Below, in pieces: positions 38,290 through 46,093 of a stretch of 64,000 nt of DNA. The stretch comes from Verrucomicrobiales bacterium (lineage in GTDB: Bacteria; Verrucomicrobiota; Verrucomicrobiia; Limisphaerales; CANJXF01): the NCBI GenBank assembly GCA_947478865.1, contig CANJXF010000007.1, positions 1,273-65,272 on the forward strand, written 5' to 3'. Below the pieces are notes generated by a model, which was not told the origin of the DNA, did not search any database, and worked only from the letters and a program-made list of their open reading frames with translations. How positions within the stretch are numbered: the first letter of the stretch is position 1; the number at the start of each line of letters is the position of its first letter. A program made the position numbers and the translations under genes.

Positions 38290-39423
38290 TTAGGGGAGAG
38301 TTGTCGGGGCAATGAAATAGAGCCGGCCAATTTGCAGCTTTGGAAAATCGAGGCCAATATCCACTTTGACGGTCGGCGCCGGGACCTCAGCCTTGCCGAA
38401 AATGCGGAAGAGATTTCCCAAACCAAACGGTTCCTCGTAATGAATCAGGTTTGCGGTGCCGACTTTGGCAATGGATCTTGCCTGCTCGACCGCTTTGCTG
38501 AAATCGCCCAATTCATCAACCAGGCCGAGATCCAGTGCCTGCTTGCCGGAAACCACTCGGCCATCGGCGTATTCAGTCCAATCCGAAGCCAGCGCCTTGC
38601 CTTTACCTTTGTTCAATCGGTTGGATTCCTGCCTTCCGGCCGCGACGATGTTGGTGAACTTTCCGTAAGTTTCCATGATCAACCCTTGAATCATCTCCCG
38701 TTCGTCATCGGGAATCTCGTCGTCGCGCCGGTCGCCGCTCAACATGTTCTTGTGCTTGCCGCTTTTGTAAACGTCGGGACGCAGGCCGATCTTGTCCATC
38801 AACCCGCGATAATTATATCCATGCATGATCACGCCGATGCTGCCGGTCAGCGTCATTTCATTCGCCACAATCCATTGGCATGGCGCGGAAACATAATATC
38901 CACCCGAAGCAGCCAGCGAACCCATCGACGCCACCACTGGCTTCTTGTACTTCGTCTGAAAATTGCGAATGCAATTATAAATCTCGTCTGACGCCAAAAC
39001 TTCTCCGCCGGGAGAATTGACCTTCAGAATCACCGCGACGACGTCTTTATCGCGCCCCGCCGTTTTCAACTGATTACGAATTGAATCCACCAGACTGAGT
39101 CCACGACGATCCATGGGCGCGCTGGCGATAACGCCCTCGACATCGAGGACGGCGATTTTGTTGTTGGAATGATTATTTTCCAGAATGATTTCTTCGAGCG
39201 GCTCTTCGCCCTGCTCAACAACAACACTCGAAACCCCGCCGATGTGGCGCAGGTTGCTCATCAGGCTAAACCCAAGGGCGATCAGCAAAAGGATCGCAAA
39301 TATTTTCCAACCCCGGCCGCTTTTGCGAGGACGCTGCGAAGCTACCGGCGCGATGATGGGCGGTGGAGGCGGAGGTGGACTGGCGTACGGCGGAGTCCCC
39401 GGAGGCAGTGATTGATCGTCCAT
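38290..39423 (-). CDS. sppA: Signal peptide peptidase SppA (36K type, S49)
   Basis: It has a Pro-rich N-terminus, a TM anchor, and an S49 core with [12 protein letters not shown]. It stops 4 nt before the upp start. Confidence 0.88.
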   Translation of the reverse strand: MDDQSLPPGTPPYASPPPPPPPIIAPVASQRPRKSGRGWKIFAILLLIALGFSLMSNLRHIGGVSSVVVEQGEEPLEEIILENNHSNNKIAVLDVEGVIASAPMDRRGLSLVDSIRNQLKTAGRDKDVVAVILKVNSPGGEVLASDEIYNCIRNFQTKYKKPVVASMGSLAASGGYYVSAPCQWIVANEMTLTGSIGVIMHGYNYRGLMDKIGLRPDVYKSGKHKNMLSGDRRDDEIPDDEREMIQGLIMETYGKFTNIVAAGRQESNRLNKGKGKALASDWTEYADGRVVSGKQALDLGLVDELGDFSKAVEQARSIAKVGTANLIHYEEPFGLGNLFRIFGKAEVPAPTVKVDIGLDFPKLQIGRLYFIAPTTLP

Positions 39424-39522
39424 ATCGGCAAAAAACTACGGCAACAAAAATTGCCGCGCAAGCGGGGAATCTACCGCCCTCGACACTCGACATTCAAAGG
39501 CTCACTGCTATCTTCGGCCAGA

Positions 39523-40308
39523 ATGTCGTTGGTAAAAACATTGAACATCGCGGGGCGCGAATTCCACTCCCGGCTCTTCCTCGGAACCGGAAAATTCTCC
39601 GCGCCGGAAACCATGCGCGACGCCCTGGCCGCCAGCGGCACGCAGATGGTCACGGTCGCCTTGCGCCGGGCCGACCTCAGTGGAAAACGCGACCCGTTCG
39701 CCAACATTCTCGAATTCATTGATCCGGAAAAATACCTCCTGCTTCCCAACACCAGCGGGGCGATGAATGCCGAGGAAGCCGTTCGCCTGGCCCGCCTCGC
39801 GGTTGCCGCAGGTCTGCCGAATTGGGTGAAGCTCGAAATCCATCCCGATCCGCGTTACCTGCTTCCTGATCCGGTTGAGACGTTCAAAGCCGCCGCGATT
39901 CTCGTCAAAGAGGGCTTCGTCGTTCTCCCCTACATCAACGCCGATCCCGTTCTCGCAAAACGTTTGCAGGACATCGGCGTCGCCACCGTGATGCCGCTCG
40001 GCTCGCCCATCGGTTCCAATCGCGGAATCGAAACGCGCGGGCAGATTCGCATCATCATCGAGCAAGCCATTGTTCCCGTCGTCGTCGACGCAGGAATTGG
40101 CGCGCCAAGCCACGCCGCTGAAGCGATGGAGATGGGCGCGGATGCCGTCCTCGTCAACACTGCCATCGCCGTGGCAAGCGATCCATTGCGCATGGCCAAC
40201 GCCTTTAAAATGGCAGTCGAATGCGGACGCGACGCCTACGAAATCGGCCTCGGCCAAGCATTGGAAACCGCCAGCGCCACCAGTCCGCTCACCGCGTTTT
40301 TAAACTAG
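39523..40308 (+). CDS. thiG: Thiazole synthase
   Basis: The 261-aa product from ATG 39523 ([25 protein letters not shown]) matches full-length ThiG. The upstream extension to 39412 overlaps sppA. Confidence 0.95.
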   Translation: MSLVKTLNIAGREFHSRLFLGTGKFSAPETMRDALAASGTQMVTVALRRADLSGKRDPFANILEFIDPEKYLLLPNTSGAMNAEEAVRLARLAVAAGLPNWVKLEIHPDPRYLLPDPVETFKAAAILVKEGFVVLPYINADPVLAKRLQDIGVATVMPLGSPIGSNRGIETRGQIRIIIEQAIVPVVVDAGIGAPSHAAEAMEMGADAVLVNTAIAVASDPLRMANAFKMAVECGRDAYEIGLGQALETASATSPLTAFLN

Positions 40309-40314
40309 CCAATT

Positions 40315-41322
40315 ATGAATGGGCTCACTGTTCCACGCGTTCGCCAACTTCTCACGGCCGCTCGCCAGACACGAATCCTCGTCCTCGGCGACGTCATGCT
40401 CGACCAATTTCTTTGGGGCCGCGTCGCGCGCATTTCGCCGGAAGCGCCGGTGCCCGTCGTCGAATTTGAACGTGAAAGTTTTATGCCGGGCGGCGCCGCG
40501 AACGTCGCGCGCAACCTCGCGGATCTCGCCGTGCCGACCGAGATTTTCGGCGTGGTCGGACAGGACGATGCCGCGCGAAACTTGAAGCATCTTCTCGGGC
40601 AGCAGCAGATTGGTTGCGCCGGCTTGATTGCAACTCCTCAGCGCATGACGAGCATCAAGACCCGCATCGTCGCCCATCAACAGCAGGTCGTTCGCGTGGA
40701 CCGCGAAACCCGCTCAGACCTCGACGAGAAAATCTCGCGCCGCCTCATTTCCGTTTTAAAAAAGGAACTCAATTCCGCTGCCGCGCTGATTCTGGGCGAC
40801 TACGGCAAAGGGGTCATCACGCAGCCGCTCCTGGATGAAATCAAAGCGCTTTGTCGCGAGCGCGGGATCTGGCTGAGCTTCGATCCGAAACCGGTCCATT
40901 CGCTGTGCCTGGCTGGCTTGTCACTCATCACGCCGAATCGCAAGGAAGCCTTTGAATTGGCCGACATGGAAGACAACAGCCGCGCCGAAAATCCGATGGA
41001 AGATAAGAATCTGCTGCGCGTGGCGGAAAAACTGTTGCACGACCTCGCTCCCGCAGTGTTGCTCATCACCATCGGAGACCAGGGAATGCTGCTCTGCCAG
41101 CGAGGGCAAAAACCATTTCACATTCCTACCATGGCGCAGGAGGTGTTCGATGTTTCCGGCGCGGGCGACACGGTGATCGCCAGTTTCACCCTGGCGATTG
41201 CGGCAGGCGCATCGCCGCTGGAAGCCGCGATCTTCTCCAACCACGCCGCTGGAATTGTCGTCGGCAAAGTCGGCACCGCCACCGTGCAACCGGAAGAATT
41301 AATTGCCAGTTTCACCCGTTAA
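40315..41322 (+). CDS. hldA: D-glycero-beta-D-manno-heptose-7-phosphate kinase (RfaE domain I / HldA, PfkB family)
   Basis: It has the RILVLGDVMLDQF..ISPEAPVPVV N-terminus and the PfkB signature DVSGAGDTVIA. Confidence 0.85.
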   Translation: MNGLTVPRVRQLLTAARQTRILVLGDVMLDQFLWGRVARISPEAPVPVVEFERESFMPGGAANVARNLADLAVPTEIFGVVGQDDAARNLKHLLGQQQIGCAGLIATPQRMTSIKTRIVAHQQQVVRVDRETRSDLDEKISRRLISVLKKELNSAAALILGDYGKGVITQPLLDEIKALCRERGIWLSFDPKPVHSLCLAGLSLITPNRKEAFELADMEDNSRAENPMEDKNLLRVAEKLLHDLAPAVLLITIGDQGMLLCQRGQKPFHIPTMAQEVFDVSGAGDTVIASFTLAIAAGASPLEAAIFSNHAAGIVVGKVGTATVQPEELIASFTR

Positions 41323-41328
41323 TCGTTT

Positions 41329-42081
41329 ATGAATCTTTCCAAGGCAGAGCGGATTCGAACGATGAAAGGCTGCGAAAAAATCGCCGCTCTGACTGCCTAC
41401 GATTTCCCCATGACCCGACTGCTGGACGACGCAGGCATTCCGCTGATACTGGTGGGCGATTCCCTCGGGATGGTGGTGCTCGGCTACACGGACACCACGC
41501 AGGTGACCATGGACGAAATGGAGCATCACGTTCGCGCCGCCGCTCGTGCCAAACCGCGCGCGCTGCTCGTGGCCGACCTGCCGTTCCGGAGCTACGACAC
41601 CGTTGAAACCGCCTTGCAAAACTCGAAACGCCTTGTCGCAGCGGGCGCGGAAGCAGTCAAAGCCGAAGGCGGACGCGAAATCACGGCGCAAATTCAAGCG
41701 ATTGTTTCCGCTGGAATCCCATTTCTCGGCCATCTCGGAATGCTGCCGCAACACGTCAACGAAGAAGGCGGTTACCACATCAAGGGAAAAACCGACGTCG
41801 AGCGCGACAATCTGTTCGCAGATGCCATCGCGCTGGAACAAGCCGGCGCCTTCGCCGTGGTGCTGGAACTGGTAAAACCGGTCGTCGCCAAAGAAGTGAC
41901 CGGAAAAATTTCCATTCCGACGATTGGCATTGGCGCGGGACCGGATTGCGACGGACAAATCCTCGTCACGACGGATTTATTGGGAACGTCGCCCGATTAC
42001 ATTCCCAGGCACGTGAAGAAAAATTTTCATCTTGGCGAACAGATGAAGTCGGCGTTCATTGAGTGGAAACATTCCCTCTGA
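41329..42081 (+). CDS. panB: 3-methyl-2-oxobutanoate hydroxymethyltransferase
   Basis: 250 aa, with the LTAYDFPMTRLLDDAGIPLILVGDSLGMVVLGY block. Confidence 0.95.
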   Translation: MNLSKAERIRTMKGCEKIAALTAYDFPMTRLLDDAGIPLILVGDSLGMVVLGYTDTTQVTMDEMEHHVRAAARAKPRALLVADLPFRSYDTVETALQNSKRLVAAGAEAVKAEGGREITAQIQAIVSAGIPFLGHLGMLPQHVNEEGGYHIKGKTDVERDNLFADAIALEQAGAFAVVLELVKPVVAKEVTGKISIPTIGIGAGPDCDGQILVTTDLLGTSPDYIPRHVKKNFHLGEQMKSAFIEWKHSL

Positions 42082-43157
42082 TGAAACGGGCCATCGTCAT
42101 TTTAACCCTGCTTATTTTCGCCCTGGCTCTTTGGATGAGTCATTCGAGCAGTAAGCGTCTCAATGAGAAATCTGATCTGGAAAACTCGAAAACCAATGTT
42201 CTTGCGGCGCGGACGGCCCCAAAGCATTCGTCCAGCAAAACCCGATTAGAAAGTGATTCGACGAACTCTGTCCCTGAAAACGACGAGGAAACAGGTGGAT
42301 TGAAAAAACTTTCTCGCGAACAAGTCGAAGCCTATTTGCTTAAAACCAAGCGCAGTCCCGAAAGTCTGCTCAACGCTTTTATCGAAACGGGCGATACAAA
42401 TTTCTTGGCAGAAGCGGTAGAGAAATATTCTGATAATCCGATTGTGCAGTGGACGATGCTGAATCGCGCTTCGCCGGAGGAACGTTCGCAGTGGCTGGAA
42501 AAATTGAAAGCCACTTCGCCGGACAATGCTTTGCCGAATTACCTTTCCGCGCTTGATGATTTTAAAGCAGGAAAGACTGACCAAGCCTTGGCTGAAATAG
42601 ATTCTGCCAGCAAAAAGAAACTCAGTTCCTACGAACGGGAACGCGCTCAAAGCCGAGAAGAAATGTATCTTCTGGCGGGATATTCTCATCTTGAAGCAAA
42701 AGAAAAAACTTCGAGAACACTCGACGTGCCCAATCTTTCAGAAACGAAGCAACTCTCGCAGGAAATTGGCTATCTCCAGCAAAAATATAAAGCCGCTGGT
42801 GACGCCGGTTCCAATCAACAGCTCGCCGCAGTTGGGATTGAAATCGGCCGGAAATATTCCGATCCCAGCAGTCCTTATCTCGTTAATCAATTAGTCGGCT
42901 ACGCTATAGAAAATAATGCCCTCAGAAATCTGGATTCAGAAACTTATTACGATTTCCTAGGGAAAACTGCCGGAGATCGCATCCAGGAAATTAAGGACCA
43001 AAGGCAAGAAATGAAAAATTTAGCGAGAACTTTCACGCAAACCTATCCAACATTTTCTGACGCTGAAAAGTTGATCTACATAAACCGAAGAATGCTTTAT
43101 GGCGAATTGAACACCTGGCGCTGGTTGAACCGAAATTACGGCAGTGAAACGAAATGA
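42081..43157 (+). CDS. N-terminally membrane-anchored hypothetical protein (358 aa), lower GC
   Basis: Its ATG overlaps the panB stop (TGATG) and its stop overlaps the moaC start (ATGA). It has one N-terminal TM helix and then a helical region of unknown family. Confidence 0.55.
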   Translation: MKRAIVILTLLIFALALWMSHSSSKRLNEKSDLENSKTNVLAARTAPKHSSSKTRLESDSTNSVPENDEETGGLKKLSREQVEAYLLKTKRSPESLLNAFIETGDTNFLAEAVEKYSDNPIVQWTMLNRASPEERSQWLEKLKATSPDNALPNYLSALDDFKAGKTDQALAEIDSASKKKLSSYERERAQSREEMYLLAGYSHLEAKEKTSRTLDVPNLSETKQLSQEIGYLQQKYKAAGDAGSNQQLAAVGIEIGRKYSDPSSPYLVNQLVGYAIENNALRNLDSETYYDFLGKTAGDRIQEIKDQRQEMKNLARTFTQTYPTFSDAEKLIYINRRMLYGELNTWRWLNRNYGSETK

Positions 43158-43621
43158 AAAAGCTTTCCCACATCGATGCGCGCGGCGAAGCCAGTATGGT
43201 GGATGTTTCGTACAAACCGGTTTCGCAGCGCGAGGCGGTGGCACGTGGGGAAATCCATTTGCAAAAGGGAACGATCGCGCTCATTCAGAAAAACAAAATC
43301 GCCAAGGGAAATGTTTTGGCGACGGCGCGCATCGCGGGAATTTTAGCGGCGAAGAAAACCGGTGATTTGATCCCGCTCTGTCATCCACTGCCGATTTCAC
43401 ATTGCGAAGTGAATTTTGAAATTCCGAAAAGCAGCGATCGGATCGTCATCACTGCTTCGGCGAAAATCACCGCGCAGACTGGTGTGGAAATGGAAGCGCT
43501 GACGGCGGTGAGCATCGCGGCTTTGACCATTTACGACATGTGCAAAGCCGTGGACAAGACGATGCGGATCACGGAAACGCAGTTGATTTCGAAAACGAAA
43601 ATCAACGTCGGCGAAACCTAA
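43154..43621 (+). CDS. moaC: Cyclic pyranopterin monophosphate synthase MoaC
   Basis: 155 aa, with the MVDVSYKP and IPLCHPLP motifs. Confidence 0.95.
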   Translation: MKKLSHIDARGEASMVDVSYKPVSQREAVARGEIHLQKGTIALIQKNKIAKGNVLATARIAGILAAKKTGDLIPLCHPLPISHCEVNFEIPKSSDRIVITASAKITAQTGVEMEALTAVSIAALTIYDMCKAVDKTMRITETQLISKTKINVGET

Positions 43622-43636
43622 CCCCCTGAAACGGAG

Positions 43637-43858
43637 ATGCCTTCCTGGAACGCGAGCACCTTAATCGCCTCGCTCATCTGGGGTTCGGCGGGCGTCGGAT
43701 TTTTCATTTACGGCAAAAAGCAGAGCGCCATGGTTCCGCTGTTTGGCGGAATCGTGATGGTTGGACTGTCGTATTTCGTGGCGTCGGCGCTGGCCATGTC
43801 GATTGCGTGTCTCGCTCTGCTGGCGGCGATGTTCTGGCTGAATCGCCGGGGGTTTTGA
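43637..43858 (+). CDS. Small membrane protein (73 aa, 2-3 TM)
   Basis: It has an ATG 15 nt after the moaC stop, is strongly hydrophobic, and belongs to no family I recognise. Confidence 0.45.
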   Translation: MPSWNASTLIASLIWGSAGVGFFIYGKKQSAMVPLFGGIVMVGLSYFVASALAMSIACLALLAAMFWLNRRGF

Positions 43859-43917
43859 GCATTTGCTTGGGCGAGTTAAAGATTTGCCAGTTTGCCAAAA
43901 CAGCTTTCAATTGGGTT

Positions 43918-44388
43918 ATGAAATTGTCTGAGTTCAAAGCGGTTCTGGCGCAGCATCCAGAAAAGACGATTGGCTTCATCCTGCCCGGCGGAGAAATCAT
44001 TCCGGTGCATGCCCACGTCACCGAAGTGGCGCGCATCGACAAACGCTTCATCGATTGCGGCGGGACGTTTCGCACCGAGTTGATTTGCCGGTTGCAGACG
44101 TGGGTCGCCGACGACCTGCACCACCGGCTCAGCGCGGGCAAACTTCTGGCAATCATTCAGAAATCGGCGTCGTTCATGGAAACGGAAGATCTTGATGTCG
44201 ATGTGGAACACGAAGCGCCGGTGATTTCGCAATTTCCGGTCGGCGACGTTGCGCCAGACGGCGACCGGCTCTTGGTGCATTTGACGACGAAGCACACCGC
44301 GTGTCTCGCTCCGGAAAAATGTTTACCGCCACCGCAATCGATTTCGTTCAATCCAATCCCGAGTTTTAAGCCGGCAAAGTGCTGCTAG
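43918..44388 (+). CDS. DUF6428-like protein
   Basis: The product from ATG 43918 (MKLSEFKAVLAQHPEKTIGFILPGGEIIPVHAHVTEV..FIDCGGTFRTE) matches my recollection of the DUF6428 pattern. It ends in KCC. Confidence 0.65.
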   Translation: MKLSEFKAVLAQHPEKTIGFILPGGEIIPVHAHVTEVARIDKRFIDCGGTFRTELICRLQTWVADDLHHRLSAGKLLAIIQKSASFMETEDLDVDVEHEAPVISQFPVGDVAPDGDRLLVHLTTKHTACLAPEKCLPPPQSISFNPIPSFKPAKCC

Positions 44389-44509
44389 CTAAAAGCTGAT
44401 TTTTGCATGCCGCCAGCCGACCCGATCGTTTTTCTGCAAGGCGAAGAAGTTTCCCGATATAACGGCGTCCTTTAGCTTCTGCGGGATAATCGAATGCTCG
44501 AGATGCGGG

Positions 44510-46042
44510 CTAATCTTCCGATTTTGTCTTCCGAAATACCGCCACTTCCTCCGAGGTGGCGGGCGTAGGCCAAATGGCATCTTTACGGTCCCAAACACTT
44601 CGTCCGATTTTGCCAGAATTTAATGAGCCGTCGCCATGATCGTCTTTGCCGTCCTCGCCCACAGAGTAAAGCGTGAAACGTCCATCAGAATTAAGAAAAT
44701 ATTTCATTGCCCTTCCGTCAAAATAATCGATTGGGACAGCTGGTAGAAACGACGGCACCAGAAATTCCAATGAATCGGGATATTTCCCGTTGCGCAAAGC
44801 AAAACGCAGCAAAGCAATCGCGCAAATTGTCGCGGAACATTCGACCTGCGCGCGTGCCGATTTGTTGATCAGCTTTGCAAGCACCAGATATGACGGCGTA
44901 TCAGGGAAGCGCCATGCGTCGTACACAGTTCGTCGTTCCGCTTCTTTTGTGAATTGCTCGAGCGCGGCATTGAGCGAAATAAATGAATGTGTTTTCGCCA
45001 GGCTGCGGGTAATTTCCAACAACTCGTAAATTTGTCTCGCTGATCGGAGTTCGTGTTGATGGGACCAAGCAAACCGCCAGACGCGACAAAAAATCTGCTT
45101 CTGCAAAAACTTAACAATGTCGTTACCAAAAGGGAGATTGCTCATTTGTCTTTCCCACTCTGGTGGTTCCCAAGAATCGTCGCCAAAAATATTTCTCCAA
45201 GTGAACAAAACTTTGAACGCATCGTCATTGGAGTTTCTTAATAATTTGTAAGAAGCACCTTCATAAACGAGTTCGCCTTGAAAGCCCGCGACTGCGGAGT
45301 TGATAAACTGATGACTTTCCCACGCAGCTTGGAGTTTTTGAAGATCGGCATCCGTCCATCCTTCCGATTGGAGAGCTTCCCAAGTCGCGCTTTTCACGAA
45401 GGAAATGACGGCAATTCGCACGAGTTCGCTGATGGCAAGCCGATCCGATTCAATCATGTGCGGCAGACGAATCTGGGTGAGAAGGCAATCCAAAGCTTCA
45501 CGATTCCTGCCGTTGTGAAGGAAATACTGGCTTCCGGCTCCGAAATAAATGACCAACTTTTTACACGACGACAAATTTGGGATGAGTAAATTATAGCCCA
45601 AAGAATAGTCTAACTCGCTTCTGAGGACCGGCCTTTCCAGAGCATCCCGGATTTGACGCAACGCAGGTTGGTTGGCGTCCCATTCAAACGCGAGTGCTGC
45701 CCAGGAATTTGTTTCTTTTTCAAACGCGCGTTCTTCTTCCCGAAAGCCGACGACAGCATGACCAGACGGAAGCAACCTCATTTTCTGCGGGACACCGTCC
45801 GGCAAGATTGCTCCCGGTTTCAGTTGCCCCACGGCTTGGACAATGGCCGGAACGCCATTCTCCCCTCTGGAAACGGTAAAATTAAAATCGGCAGGACTAA
45901 CTGTTTCTCCATTGGCTTTGATCTCGGATATAAACCGCGCTAATGCGATCTGGCCGCGCACGCGTTCGAACAAAAGGAAAAGGAAGAGCAAGATGCAGAT
46001 TGCCAGCAGCAGGACCGATAGTTTCTTCAGCCATTTCCGCAT
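44510..46042 (-). CDS. N-terminally anchored hypothetical protein (510 aa), lower GC
   Basis: It has an ATG start and a TM anchor (LSVLLLAICILLFLFLLF). The C-terminal tail YSVGEDGKDDHGDG is reminiscent of pseudopilin C-termini. Confidence 0.6.
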   Translation of the reverse strand: MRKWLKKLSVLLLAICILLFLFLLFERVRGQIALARFISEIKANGETVSPADFNFTVSRGENGVPAIVQAVGQLKPGAILPDGVPQKMRLLPSGHAVVGFREEERAFEKETNSWAALAFEWDANQPALRQIRDALERPVLRSELDYSLGYNLLIPNLSSCKKLVIYFGAGSQYFLHNGRNREALDCLLTQIRLPHMIESDRLAISELVRIAVISFVKSATWEALQSEGWTDADLQKLQAAWESHQFINSAVAGFQGELVYEGASYKLLRNSNDDAFKVLFTWRNIFGDDSWEPPEWERQMSNLPFGNDIVKFLQKQIFCRVWRFAWSHQHELRSARQIYELLEITRSLAKTHSFISLNAALEQFTKEAERRTVYDAWRFPDTPSYLVLAKLINKSARAQVECSATICAIALLRFALRNGKYPDSLEFLVPSFLPAVPIDYFDGRAMKYFLNSDGRFTLYSVGEDGKDDHGDGSLNSGKIGRSVWDRKDAIWPTPATSEEVAVFRKTKSED

Positions 46043-46093
46043 GCCCGGACGTTAGCCCAGTTGATTTTTGTGACAAGGAACTTTATAAGCCCG

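Noticed and set aside
39424-39522. Looked for a TPP riboswitch upstream of thiG
   Set aside because: The 99-nt spacer lacks the conserved CTGAGA and ACCTGATCTGGATAATGCCAGCG-type elements and is too short.
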